Origin: an uncultured Anaerolineales bacterium
GTDB lineage: Bacteria; Chloroflexota; Anaerolineae; Anaerolineales; UBA4823
DNA: 61,350 nucleotides
Direction of reading: 5' to 3'
NCBI GenBank assembly: GCA_937968125.1
Contig: CALBUI010000046.1
Location: 1 to 61,350, forward strand
The notes below the pieces were generated by a model. The model did no database searches. It was given only the letters and a program-made list of their open reading frames with translations, and had not been told where the DNA came from. Every line of letters starts with the position of its first letter. The stretch's first letter is position 1. Positions 28,634 through 38,600 of the stretch are shown piece by piece. The translations under genes and the position numbers were made by a program.

Positions 28634-29581
28634 ATGAGCGCGATTCTGGTAACGGGAGGGACTGGCTTCATTGGACAGGCCCTGGTGCGCCATCTGGCGG
28701 ATGCTGGACACAACGTCAGGATATTATTACGGGCTTCTGCCCAATCACCTAACCTTCCCATCAGTTTGCCGGTCGAGGTTGCCATCAGTGGTCTCAATGA
28801 TGAGCGTGGTTTGCGCGCGGCAATGGTTGGCATCGATATCGTTTATCACCTGGCGGGTGCAGAATGGCGAGGTGCATACGCCAGCTTGATGGAAATTGAT
28901 ATCCAGGGAACTCAAAACATTGTCGCAGCTGCCGCAGATGCGAAGGTGAAACGGCTGTTCTTTGTCAGTCATCTGGGTGCCGACCGGGCTTCTGCTTATC
29001 CAGTTTTGAAGGCCAAAGCCATCGCCGAGGAGAATATTCGCCGAAGCGGGATTGATTTCACGATCATGCGCACCGCGATTGTTTTCGGCAACAACGACGG
29101 GTTTACCACGGGTTTAGCCCAGCTAATTTCCAGCATTCCGGGATTCTTTTTTGTTCCCGGAGATGGGGAAAATCTATTACAGCCATTATGGGTGGAGGAC
29201 CTAGCGACCTGTCTGGTTTGGGCATTGGAAGATGAGCGGACATTCAATCAGATGTTTGAAATTGGAGGACCGGAATATTTGACCTTCAATCAGGTTGCCC
29301 AAATAGTGATGGAGAAATTGAACTTGCGCAGGAGATTTGTCCACCTGCGACAGCCATACCTGCGTGCCTTGACCGTATTCATGGAGAATTTACTGCCCGC
29401 GACACCAGTATCAGTCTATTGGTTGGATTATCTGGCGACCAACAGAGCCAGCAACCTGGATGCCATTCCACGGTTTTTTAATTTGATGCCCTCCCGTTTG
29501 TCACAAAGATTGGCATACCTGGAAAGTCGGGATTGGCGGCGAGATATGTGGCGAAATGTCATCCGCCGCAGGGGAAGATGA
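28634..29581 (+). CDS. NAD(P)-binding SDR/epimerase (NDUFA9-like)
   Basis: ILVTGGTGFIG, Y...KAIAE, QPLWVEDLA, EIGGPE. Confidence 0.88.
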   Translation: MSAILVTGGTGFIGQALVRHLADAGHNVRILLRASAQSPNLPISLPVEVAISGLNDERGLRAAMVGIDIVYHLAGAEWRGAYASLMEIDIQGTQNIVAAAADAKVKRLFFVSHLGADRASAYPVLKAKAIAEENIRRSGIDFTIMRTAIVFGNNDGFTTGLAQLISSIPGFFFVPGDGENLLQPLWVEDLATCLVWALEDERTFNQMFEIGGPEYLTFNQVAQIVMEKLNLRRRFVHLRQPYLRALTVFMENLLPATPVSVYWLDYLATNRASNLDAIPRFFNLMPSRLSQRLAYLESRDWRRDMWRNVIRRRGR

Positions 29582-29606
29582 GGTATTCATTACATTGAGA
29601 GAAGAA

Positions 29607-30518
29607 ATGGAACATAATTGGCAAATCCGAATTTTGGATAAGATTGAAGAGCTGCAAATGGTGGAGGAATTGCAGCGGATCATTTGGCCAGGCAGTGATA
29701 CGGATGTGGTTCCGACACACCTGCTCATAACCGTGGTACATAATGGAGGTCTGGTACTCGGTGCATTACCTCCTGGTGAAAACAATAGCGGCATCGATAA
29801 ATTGGTTGGTTTCGTATACGGGTTTCCTGGTTTGTATTCAACACCGGATGGCCCACGCCCAAAACATTGTTCGCATCAGCTGGGTGTTCACCCAGATTAC
29901 AGGGGGCAGAGGCTGGGTTTTTCACTGAAGCGTGCACAATGGCAGATGGTTCGCCACCAGGGCATCGACCGTATCACCTGGACATTTGACCCGTTGCTAA
30001 GCAGGAATGCATATTTGAATATCAGCCTGTTAGGATCAGTATGCGGCACATACCTGCGGGAGTTATACGGTGAGATGCGTGATGGTTTGAATATTGGCCT
30101 CCCATCCGACCGGTTCGAGGTGGATTGGTGGGTAAATACCGAAAGAGTTCAACGGCGATTGAGTAAAAAAGCCCGCCTGAATCTGGACCTGGCGCATTTC
30201 TTCGCCGCCGGAGCTGAAGTCATCAACCCGACGAAGTTGGGAGAGAATGGCTGGCCTATCCCCAGCGAACCAGTAAACTTACCCTCGACATCTCCAACGG
30301 GTGATCAAGAAACTTTGATTTTGTTGGTGGAGATACCTGCGGATTTCCTGGCCTTAAAAGCAGCGGATATTGAATTAGCCAAGGAATGGCGTCTGGTGTC
30401 AAGGGAAATATTCGAAAATTTATTTGAGAGCGGGTACCTGGTAACGGATTTTGTTCACTTGCGTGGAGAACACCCGCGCAGTTATTATGTGCTCAGCCAC
30501 GGTGAAGGGACTTTTTAG
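29607..30518 (+). CDS. GNAT acyltransferase, putative D-amino acid N-succinyltransferase type
   Basis: SHQLGVHPDYRGQRLG, WTFDPL.SRNAYLN, YGEMRDGLN.GLPSDR; adjacent to OSBS/NSAR gene. Confidence 0.8.
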   Translation: MEHNWQIRILDKIEELQMVEELQRIIWPGSDTDVVPTHLLITVVHNGGLVLGALPPGENNSGIDKLVGFVYGFPGLYSTPDGPRPKHCSHQLGVHPDYRGQRLGFSLKRAQWQMVRHQGIDRITWTFDPLLSRNAYLNISLLGSVCGTYLRELYGEMRDGLNIGLPSDRFEVDWWVNTERVQRRLSKKARLNLDLAHFFAAGAEVINPTKLGENGWPIPSEPVNLPSTSPTGDQETLILLVEIPADFLALKAADIELAKEWRLVSREIFENLFESGYLVTDFVHLRGEHPRSYYVLSHGEGTF

Positions 30519-30527
30519 GAGAGACAG

Positions 30528-31634
30528 GTGATCATCACAAAAATCAACTTGCATCATTTAAGAATGCGTTTGCAAAGTCCGTTCGAGACTTCGTTTGGCA
30601 GCACCCACGACCGGGAATGCATAATCCTTGAAGCGCACTCTGATGATTTTGTGGGGTATGGGGAGTGCGTTGCAGATGCAGATCCGGGGTACTCCTATGA
30701 GACTGCTGTCACGGCCTGGCATATCCTGCAAGATTTTCTCATCCCGCAGATCATCAATACGAATTTACAGAGTGCGGAGGATTTGCAATCAAGAATTTCC
30801 AATGTCAAGGGACACCCGATGGCAAAAGCCGGGTTAGAGATGGTATATTGGGATTTGCTTGGAAAGTGTGAGGGAAAAAGCCTCCAGGAATTATTGGGTG
30901 GGCAGGGGAAACAAGTAAAAGTTGGCGTATCGGTTGGTCTCCAGGCAGATCTGGATGCATTGGTGAATGCAGTCGCACGCTATTTAGACCAAGGTTATGG
31001 GAGAGTGAAGTTAAAAATCAAGCCTGGTCGAGATGTTTCTGAGGTGGAGGCAGTCCGCGATGATTTTCCTGATCTCCCTCTACAAGTTGATGCAAATTCA
31101 GCCTATACCCTCGGTTCTGCACGCGCCCTAAATCCGCTGGACGAGATGGATCTGCTGATGATTGAACAGCCTTTATCTGAAGATGATTTATGGGATCACC
31201 GCCAGCTCCAGGCTGGTTTCCGTACACCAATCTGTCTAGATGAGAGCATTATTTCCCCTCGCCATGCTCGCCAGGCACTGGAGATGGAGGCGTGCCGGGT
31301 GGTTAATATCAAGTCTGGCCGGGTTGGTGGTCTGAGCCAGGCTAGAGCAATCCATGATCTTTGCCATACAAAGGGTGTGCCGGTGTGGTGCGGCGGCATG
31401 CTGGAAACAGGTGTTGGTCGCGCGGCAAACCTGGCTTTAGCCAGTTTGCCTGGATTTGTTTTCCCGGGGGATATTTCCGCAACTGACCGTTATTACGCCG
31501 AAGATATTACTATTGAGCGATTCGAGCTTAATCCAGATAGTACGATAGACGTGCCAGAAAAGGATGGCCTGGGCATCTCGATAGACACCCAGGCTTTGGA
31601 GAGCGCGACTGTTAACAAAGTAGCAATTGGTTGA
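30528..31634 (+). CDS. menC: o-succinylbenzoate synthase / N-succinylamino acid racemase (enolase superfamily)
   Basis: FETSFG, KLKIKPG, VDANSAY, IEQP, LDES, NIKSGRVGG, WCGGMLETG, PGDIS. Confidence 0.88.
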   Translation: MIITKINLHHLRMRLQSPFETSFGSTHDRECIILEAHSDDFVGYGECVADADPGYSYETAVTAWHILQDFLIPQIINTNLQSAEDLQSRISNVKGHPMAKAGLEMVYWDLLGKCEGKSLQELLGGQGKQVKVGVSVGLQADLDALVNAVARYLDQGYGRVKLKIKPGRDVSEVEAVRDDFPDLPLQVDANSAYTLGSARALNPLDEMDLLMIEQPLSEDDLWDHRQLQAGFRTPICLDESIISPRHARQALEMEACRVVNIKSGRVGGLSQARAIHDLCHTKGVPVWCGGMLETGVGRAANLALASLPGFVFPGDISATDRYYAEDITIERFELNPDSTIDVPEKDGLGISIDTQALESATVNKVAIG

Positions 31635-31739
31635 ACTGCACTAATCTTCTATCTGTAACTGGGTCAAGTTGAATTGCAATTGGGTTATACAATTGATCAA
31701 GTGATTTCAATCATAGGATACTGATTATTCGTTGCCTCC

Positions 31740-32552
31740 CTATTCGATTTTTTCAACAGGAAATTGTATCTCTGTAACGGTTTGAGGGTCTGTCTGGCTG
31801 CCATTGCTTGCTGGCCTCAGGTAGATCTCGCGTTCAGGCCCGTTTATCTTGTATCCATTAGCATCGATCCATTTTATGATCGCGGTATATGCTTCACTTA
31901 TAGAAATAAAAGGGCCATTATGAATTACAGTGGCCATCATTTCAACACCTGGCAGCTGGCGTTCATTAACCCTTGGATCTTCAGGTATTGAGGTGTTGAC
32001 CGGTTCGCAAACTTCAGTATCGATATTGGGTTCGTCCGAATAGTAGATTGTAAAACACGGTCCTTCAGGTTTGATCTGGTGGTGAGCCAGGAATGATTCG
32101 AGCTCATCCCACAGGTGCCCTTGTTCCGGATGTCTGGGAATAGTATCCCTTACCGTCGCGGCTGAGATTGGGTTTATTTTTTTGATTACAATATCGTAGT
32201 TTGGCATTTTATTCTCCTGTTCTATCATTTTTAAACGTGCTTCTACGCGGGCCTGTTTATCCTTTTCCTCCACCATCTGTTGTTGGATTTCCACCTGCTT
32301 TAATCGCAGCATCCCTCTCAGCTGCTCTGCAGTTAGGTCATCGTTGAGCAGCTGAGCGATTTGCTCAAGTGAGAGCCCCAATTCTTTGAGAGCAAGAATG
32401 CGGTTGAGTCTCGGCAGCAGATCAAACGAGTAATACCGGTATCCAGTAACTGGATCGATCATTTGAGGGGTAAGCAAGCCCAGACTGTCATAATATCGCA
32501 ATGTCTTTACCGAGACCTGCCCGATTCTTGAAAATTCCCCAATTTTAAGCAT
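31740..32552 (-). CDS. MerR-family regulator with GyrI-like effector domain
   Basis: IGEFSR..VSVKTLRYYD.LGLL, TGYRYY; C-terminal HNGPF...REIY...TEIQFP. Confidence 0.93.
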   Translation of the reverse strand: MLKIGEFSRIGQVSVKTLRYYDSLGLLTPQMIDPVTGYRYYSFDLLPRLNRILALKELGLSLEQIAQLLNDDLTAEQLRGMLRLKQVEIQQQMVEEKDKQARVEARLKMIEQENKMPNYDIVIKKINPISAATVRDTIPRHPEQGHLWDELESFLAHHQIKPEGPCFTIYYSDEPNIDTEVCEPVNTSIPEDPRVNERQLPGVEMMATVIHNGPFISISEAYTAIIKWIDANGYKINGPEREIYLRPASNGSQTDPQTVTEIQFPVEKIE

Positions 32553-32599
32553 TTGGCATCTCTCCTGTCGGGATTAGAACTTGGATGGCATTAAGCAAG

Positions 32600-32630
32600 A
32601 GTATACAACCTCCAGTTAGGGGAGAGTCAA
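32600..32630 (-). promoter_or_regulatory. MerR-type promoter (19-bp spacer with dyad)
   Basis: Minus strand TTGACT-N19-TATACT; spacer contains CTCC-N7-GGAG. Confidence 0.8.
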
Positions 32631-32769
32631 GAACTGGTTTACAAAGGAAAGATCGGGACATTTAGTCCTCGATAAGTAGAATTGATTTTGTTGATTTTTC
32701 ACAAACCCTAATATATACTTTGATCAAGACCCGGATTCGTATCCGCATTCAATCTGACGGAGAACACTA

Positions 32770-33402
32770 ATGCGCACATATGATATTACTCTGACTATTT
32801 CGCCTGACTTGCCCACCTGGCCCGGCGACCCTGGGATCGCAATTGAACGAGTGGAAAAAATCGAAGATGGGTCAAATGCCAATGTATCCAGGGTAGACAT
32901 GGGTGTACACACAGGCACGCATGTTGATGCACCTTATCACTTCCTCCAAGACGGTATCACGGTTGACCAGTTGAACCTCAGCCTGCTCACTGGTAGAGCT
33001 TATGTCCTCCATCTACCGGATGTGGATGTGATTACAGCTGCAGTGCTTGAAGAGGCGCAAATACCTCCCCGAACACGTCGGGTGTTATTTAAGACTCGCA
33101 ATTCTGAACTGTGGGCAGGCGGAGAGACCGATTTTCAAACTAATTTCGTCGGCTTGAGCGAAGATGGTGCTGAGTACCTTGTACGACGTGGAGTGAAGTT
33201 GGTCGGTATGGACTACCTTTCAATCGCCCCGTTCAAGGAAAGCCGTCCAACTCATGAAAGACTGCTGGAGGCTGGCGTAGTGGTCGTGGAAGGATTAAAC
33301 CTTACAGAAGTTGATCAAGGACGCTATACGATTTATTGTCTGCCATTAAAAATCGCCAATTCGGATGGCGCTCCGGCGCGAGCGATCTTAATTGGAGTTT
33401 AA
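32770..33402 (+). CDS. Cyclase-family metal hydrolase (KynB-like)
   Basis: WPGD, HTGTHVDAP.H, GMDYLS, VVEGLNL, DGAPARA. Confidence 0.92.
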   Translation: MRTYDITLTISPDLPTWPGDPGIAIERVEKIEDGSNANVSRVDMGVHTGTHVDAPYHFLQDGITVDQLNLSLLTGRAYVLHLPDVDVITAAVLEEAQIPPRTRRVLFKTRNSELWAGGETDFQTNFVGLSEDGAEYLVRRGVKLVGMDYLSIAPFKESRPTHERLLEAGVVVVEGLNLTEVDQGRYTIYCLPLKIANSDGAPARAILIGV

Positions 33403-33444
33403 TTCCTAATTGATCCGAAAATAGACCGTATTAAGGCTGATCTT

Positions 33445-33476
33445 AGTGCCCTGAAAATCATCCTTCTCAGGGCACT
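33445..33476. terminator. Hairpin between convergent genes
   Basis: AGTGCCCTGA...TCAGGGCACT, 10-bp stem. Confidence 0.6.
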
Positions 33477-33494
33477 TATTGATCGTCCTTTACT

Positions 33495-34268
33495 TCACTG
33501 CAGGAGGGTATAACCCCCATCGATCAATATGACCTGACCGCGGATCATGTTTGCACCCGGACTGCATAGGAAAGCCACCAGTTGGGCGACATCTTCTGGG
33601 CTGACCAGGCGTCCGGCAGGGGTCCCTTCAACGATGGATTCGAATGTCTCCTCCCCATGAAACGCATCAAAATGCTCCAGTGCTTCGGTCTTAGCGATTC
33701 CAGGTGATACTGCATTGACCACGATATTCTTGTCTGCCAGCTCGACTGCCAGATACCTGGTAAGGGTTTCGATAGCAGCTTTACTTGCTCCGACAACTGC
33801 GTAGTCGGGTAGAACCCGGAATGAGCCTGGACTGGTGATGCTGACAATGTAGCCTCCCCCTTGATTTTCCATCAGTGGGACTGCTCGCTGGGTGGCGAAA
33901 AGCAGGGCGCGCGCATTGATGTTCATCGTCCAATCCCAACTTTTTGGGGTTTGTTGAAGGGCGGGGCGATTGTAACCTGAGGCTGCATTGCTGACCAAGA
34001 TATCTAATGCCCCAAAATGAGAATCAACCTGGGAGAATAAGTGATCTAGTCCTTCATCTGTGCCGACATGTGCTTTCACCACCAGCGCTTCTTGACCAAG
34101 TTCTCGAATGCGAGCAGCAGTTTCCTCGGCAGGTTTGCGATTGCGGTAGAAATTGACCACGATGTGAGCGCCTTGCTCCGCAAGATGCAAGGCTATCGCG
34201 CGTCCTATCCCCCGGCCAGAGCCAGTGATCAAGGCAATTTTGCCTTCGAATGGATTCTGTTCTTTCAA
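33495..34268 (-). CDS. fabL: SDR, enoyl-ACP reductase FabL type
   Basis: TGSGRGIG, NAASG, WDWTMNINA, Y..VGASKAA.E.LTRYLAVEL. Confidence 0.8.
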   Translation of the reverse strand: MKEQNPFEGKIALITGSGRGIGRAIALHLAEQGAHIVVNFYRNRKPAEETAARIRELGQEALVVKAHVGTDEGLDHLFSQVDSHFGALDILVSNAASGYNRPALQQTPKSWDWTMNINARALLFATQRAVPLMENQGGGYIVSITSPGSFRVLPDYAVVGASKAAIETLTRYLAVELADKNIVVNAVSPGIAKTEALEHFDAFHGEETFESIVEGTPAGRLVSPEDVAQLVAFLCSPGANMIRGQVILIDGGYTLLQ

Positions 34269-34310
34269 GGTTCAAAACCTTTGAGTGAGTGAAATATCAG
34301 ATGAGTTAGG

Positions 34311-35279
34311 CTATGAGAATGGTAATTCTGTAGTCCTTATAAGGGCGCCTTTTTCTTTTTCCCCAGCGACCAGTTCATTTCCAGTTTCATAAAATGGTCG
34401 CTTGATTATTGCCAGGGCAACTTGACCGTAGCGCGGAGAGTTCGCGATAGAGGTTACTTTCCCGACAGGCTGCTGTGAGTCAGGTGGATAAAGCGTATCC
34501 CCAATCTGTGCTGCCTGGCTTAATTTTAGTCCCACCAGTTTGCGGGTGACCTTGTCGTAATTGACTTGCCGGGCAATAACCTCCTGGCCTGTGTAACAGC
34601 CTTTGTTATCTGACACAGCCCAATCAAATCCCGTCTCTAAGGGTGTGTAGTCTTCAGTGAGCTCATGCATTGCAGCAGGCAGTCCGGCTTCAACCCGCAG
34701 GATCTCATAACGATCTGGAGTTAGTGATTCTGCCCCTTGCTTGTCTAGTCCTTCCAGAATCTTTTCTATTGCATCCTGTGGCACCAGCAACCGGTGGGCG
34801 AACTCCTTCTTTTTAAGAAGAGTGACCTCTGAACCGGAGATTTTGAGTTTGAGAATATCGTCTTCAATTGAGCTGTGATCCCTGCTAAACTTCATTAAGA
34901 ATTCGTCGATCCCAACCCCAAACAAGTCAATCTGGGCGTGTTCCTGGCTGGCATCTTCCACGGTCACTTTATCCATGAAGAAGATGCGGCTTTGCAGGAA
35001 ATTGAGTGTCTCCTGACCTTTTCCTGGCAGCGTTATCGCCCCAAAGGATTCTCCCTCATCAATAACCCACAAAACGTCTAGAATTCTCCCCGCAGGAGAA
35101 GTTAGCACGGTCACCAGGGATCGATTAGGTGAGAGCAAATCTATATCGTTCGTTGTCTGGCGCTGAAGGAAGGTGTGCCGATCTTCACCTGAGATACGCA
35201 GGAAACCCCCATCTTCATGGGGGTAATAGAAGGTACGATCTGCGGAGTTTTCTGTCAGGGATTTTTCGTTATTGTCCAT
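34311..35279 (-). CDS. YgfZ/GcvT-family folate-binding protein
   Basis: KGCYTGQEVIAR signature. Confidence 0.9.
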   Translation of the reverse strand: MDNNEKSLTENSADRTFYYPHEDGGFLRISGEDRHTFLQRQTTNDIDLLSPNRSLVTVLTSPAGRILDVLWVIDEGESFGAITLPGKGQETLNFLQSRIFFMDKVTVEDASQEHAQIDLFGVGIDEFLMKFSRDHSSIEDDILKLKISGSEVTLLKKKEFAHRLLVPQDAIEKILEGLDKQGAESLTPDRYEILRVEAGLPAAMHELTEDYTPLETGFDWAVSDNKGCYTGQEVIARQVNYDKVTRKLVGLKLSQAAQIGDTLYPPDSQQPVGKVTSIANSPRYGQVALAIIKRPFYETGNELVAGEKEKGALIRTTELPFS

Positions 35280-35364
35280 AATAGATAAATCTGAAGGTGG
35301 TTAAAATCAAAGGCGTGGAACATTTTGCTATTATATATGTTCCACGCCCAGTTAATTTTCTGGA

Positions 35365-37242
35365 TTACGCCATTTGTGGGACGACAGATTGTGGAACTGG
35401 CGTTCCGCTGTTCTTAGGAACAGGGGGCGGGAACATTTCTTCGAATTCCTCGCGAGTGACAGTTTCAACCTCAAGTAACCGCTGGGCGACTATGTCCAGT
35501 TTATCACGGTATTGATTCACGATCGCCTTAGAGTGTTCGTAAGCCTCACCAACCAGTTTGCGAACCTCTATGTCTATCTGTTTGGCAACATCTTCAGAGT
35601 AGTCACGCTGCTCTGAAATCTCCCGGCCTAAGAAAATCAGCTCTTCTTTTTGGCCATAAACCATGGGTCCCAGCTCAGAGCTCATTCCGAGGCGAGTGAC
35701 CATGGAGCGGGCCATGCGGGTAACTCTTTCCAGATCGTTTGAAGCACCGGAGGTGATATCGTCGAAGACGATAGATTCAGCTGCTCGTCCGCCGAGTAAG
35801 CCGACCATATCCGCATAGAGTTTCTTGCGAGACATGAGCGTGCGGTCTTCCTCAGGCAGCATAATCGTGTAGCCACCAGCCATACCTCGTGAAGTTATAG
35901 AAACTTTATGCACTGGATCAGCTTCTGGAAGAGAATTCGCTACGACAGCGTGACCGGCCTCGTGATATGCCACAATGCGCTTTTCTTCTTCGCTGATCAA
36001 GCGGCTCTTGCGCTCAGGACCAGCGATAACACGTTCAATTGCTTCCTCGAGATCCGTCTGACCGATTACTTTCTTGTTACGCCTTGCAGCGAGGATTGCA
36101 CCCTCGTTGACCAGGTTTTCAATGTCGGCACCGACGAACCCAGGAGTTGAACGAGCCAAGACAGACAGATCGACCTCTGGGGAAAGTGGTTTACCTTTGA
36201 CATGGACTCGTAGAATGGCTTCGCGACCGCGCATATCAGGCCGGTCCAGGACCACCCGGCGGTCAAATCGACCAGGTCGTAAGAGTGCCGGGTCAAGAAT
36301 ATCTGGCCGGTTTGTCGCGGCCACGATGATTACATTCGTGTCCGTGTCGAAACCATCCATTTCGACCAGCATCTGGTTCAAAGTTTGCTCACGCTCGTCA
36401 TGAGAACCCCCAAGGCCGGCGCCACGCTGGCGACCAACGGCATCGATCTCATCCACGAAGACAATACATGGTGAGTGGCGTTTGGCTTGCTCGAAAAGAT
36501 CTCTCACCCGACTGGCGCCAACACCGACAAACATCTCCACAAATTCGGAACCAGAGATTGAGAAGAATGGCACGCCTGCTTCGCCGGATACAGCTTTTGC
36601 CAGTAAGGTTTTCCCGGTTCCTGGCGGGCCAACAAGCAGTACACCCTTTGGTATTCTCGCACCAAGAGAGATGAACTTCTCCGGTTCTCGCAAGAATTCA
36701 ACCACTTCAGCCAGCTCTTCTTTAGCTTCCTCGACCCCAGCCACATCTTCAAATGTGACTGCGGGGTGATCGCCGGAGAACATGCGGGCGCGTGATTTGC
36801 CAAAGGACATGGCTGCATTGTTGCTGCCTTGGGCCTGACGGAAAACAAACCAGAATACCCCTGCGAGCAAAATGAAGGGGATAAAGTAACCCAAAGCAGT
36901 GGCGATGCCCAGCCAGGCGCTCGGTGGTTGGACTTCGATCTTGATATTTTCAGCGGACAGCGCAGCGGTGGTAACACCCAGCTCTTTAAGCTGTTGAATT
37001 AAGGTTGCGTCGGACTCTTTCTGTGATTCTGCTTCAGTCCCGTCAGAATATGTTACTCGGAGCCGATTATCGTCTTCGATAACGCGATTTACCTTGCCAG
37101 CTTGAACATCTGCCGCTAATTCATTAATTGTTAATGATTCTTGGGTTGTCGCCTGCTGCTGGAACTGGTAAACCACCATGACAATGATGGCCACAAACAG
37201 CAGCAAGTAAATTATTGATGAACGGTTGCGGGTCGGATTCAC
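35365..37242 (-). CDS. ftsH: ATP-dependent zinc metalloprotease FtsH
   Basis: 2 [27 protein letters not shown]. Confidence 0.98.
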   Translation of the reverse strand: MNPTRNRSSIIYLLLFVAIIVMVVYQFQQQATTQESLTINELAADVQAGKVNRVIEDDNRLRVTYSDGTEAESQKESDATLIQQLKELGVTTAALSAENIKIEVQPPSAWLGIATALGYFIPFILLAGVFWFVFRQAQGSNNAAMSFGKSRARMFSGDHPAVTFEDVAGVEEAKEELAEVVEFLREPEKFISLGARIPKGVLLVGPPGTGKTLLAKAVSGEAGVPFFSISGSEFVEMFVGVGASRVRDLFEQAKRHSPCIVFVDEIDAVGRQRGAGLGGSHDEREQTLNQMLVEMDGFDTDTNVIIVAATNRPDILDPALLRPGRFDRRVVLDRPDMRGREAILRVHVKGKPLSPEVDLSVLARSTPGFVGADIENLVNEGAILAARRNKKVIGQTDLEEAIERVIAGPERKSRLISEEEKRIVAYHEAGHAVVANSLPEADPVHKVSITSRGMAGGYTIMLPEEDRTLMSRKKLYADMVGLLGGRAAESIVFDDITSGASNDLERVTRMARSMVTRLGMSSELGPMVYGQKEELIFLGREISEQRDYSEDVAKQIDIEVRKLVGEAYEHSKAIVNQYRDKLDIVAQRLLEVETVTREEFEEMFPPPVPKNSGTPVPQSVVPQMA

Positions 37243-37338
37243 TTATACCTCCAAAATTGTTGACAGACCGCAGATTGCGTAATCATTATACCAACCTCTG
37301 ACGCGGACAGGTACATTTGAATTACCTTTGCTGCGAAA

Positions 37339-37357
37339 TTCTAACATCGTTCTAACA
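37339..37357 (-). promoter_or_regulatory. Tandem direct repeat upstream of ftsH (OmpR-family-like site)
   Basis: TTCTAACA twice at 11-bp period (minus strand TGTTAG-N5-TGTTAG). Confidence 0.4.
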
Positions 37358-37435
37358 ATTCCAGTTTGACTTGAAATTGGTGTATTCAGAAGCTTATTAT
37401 GCCAGATTTTTGGAGCTTTTTTGGGATATTAACGA

Positions 37436-37467
37436 AAATGAGGGTGCAAAATCCTGCACCCTCATTT
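37436..37467 (-). terminator. Terminator after fabF-fabH
   Basis: AAATGAGGGTGCA-6nt-TGCACCCTCATTT, 13-bp perfect stem. Confidence 0.75.
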
Positions 37468-37493
37468 GGTTTTACGTGTTATGCAGTTCTCGA

Positions 37494-38600
37494 TTATTCA
37501 TTTCTCCAGAAAAAACCCTCAACACGCCGGCGAAGGCGGGAAAAAATAGACCTGGAGCGAGCAAACAAACGCACTCTGCGTGGGCTTACCTTGCGTTCGT
37601 ATGAGAGAGGACCAGACCATTGGATTAGGGCAGCTCCCCAGGTCAACCCTCCCCCAAAGGCGACCATGACTGTGTTGTCGCCTGGATTTAGTCGTCCCTG
37701 TTCTAATGCTTCTACAGTAGCAATCGGTATCGAGGCGGTGGAAGTGTTCCCGTATCGATCCAAATTGACCATGACCTTATCCATTGGATAGTTCAATCCA
37801 CGCGCGGCTGCTTCAATGATTCGCTGATTGGCCTGGTGGGGGATGAGCAGTTGGATGTCATCCATATCCATATTAACAGATTCGAGCGTTTGTTGAGTTG
37901 CATCTGCCATTACCCGGGTTGCGAACCTAAACACTTCTCTGCCATTCATCTGGATGTAATGTAAACCATCGTAAAGTGTTTGCATACTGGCAGGGTTTGC
38001 GCTGCCTCCACCGGGTACTGAAAGCAGGTCACCACCTGATCCATCAGATCGAAGAACTGCTGAGAGGACACCACCTGGTTCATCGCTGGCCTGCATAACA
38101 AAAGCCCCGGCGCCATCTCCAAATAAGATACAGGTGTTCCGATCCTTCCAATTGACTACTCGAGAGAGAGTTTCGGAACCGATAATTAATACGTTGCTCG
38201 CGCTGCCCGATTTGATGGCTTGCGATCCCAAGTTAATAGCATACACAAACCCCGTGCAGGCTGCCAGTACGTCGAAGGCGCCAGCTTTCACAGCTCCGAT
38301 CTGATCTTGAACCAGACAGGCAGTCGCGGGGAATATATACTCCGGTGACGAAGTAGACAGGATGATCATATCGAGATCGCTGGGGTGGACATTGGCGACC
38401 TCTAATGCGCGCAAGGAGGCTTCAGCAGCTAATGAGGCTGTGGTCTGGTCGGCACCCGCGATCCTTCTCTCCCGAATACCCGTCCTGGAGACGATCCACT
38501 CATCGTTGGTTTCGACCATTTTCGCCAGATCATCATTGGTCAAAATATTTTCTGGGACAGACATTCCCCACCCGGTAATATGTGCAAAGGGGGGACTCAT
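37494..38600 (-). CDS. fabH: Beta-ketoacyl-ACP synthase III
   Basis: WIVSRTGIRERR, AACTGF, PHQANQRI, GNTSTAS, FGGGLTWG. Confidence 0.96.
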   Translation of the reverse strand: MSPPFAHITGWGMSVPENILTNDDLAKMVETNDEWIVSRTGIRERRIAGADQTTASLAAEASLRALEVANVHPSDLDMIILSTSSPEYIFPATACLVQDQIGAVKAGAFDVLAACTGFVYAINLGSQAIKSGSASNVLIIGSETLSRVVNWKDRNTCILFGDGAGAFVMQASDEPGGVLSAVLRSDGSGGDLLSVPGGGSANPASMQTLYDGLHYIQMNGREVFRFATRVMADATQQTLESVNMDMDDIQLLIPHQANQRIIEAAARGLNYPMDKVMVNLDRYGNTSTASIPIATVEALEQGRLNPGDNTVMVAFGGGLTWGAALIQWSGPLSYERKVSPRRVRLFARSRSIFSRLRRRVEGFFWRNE

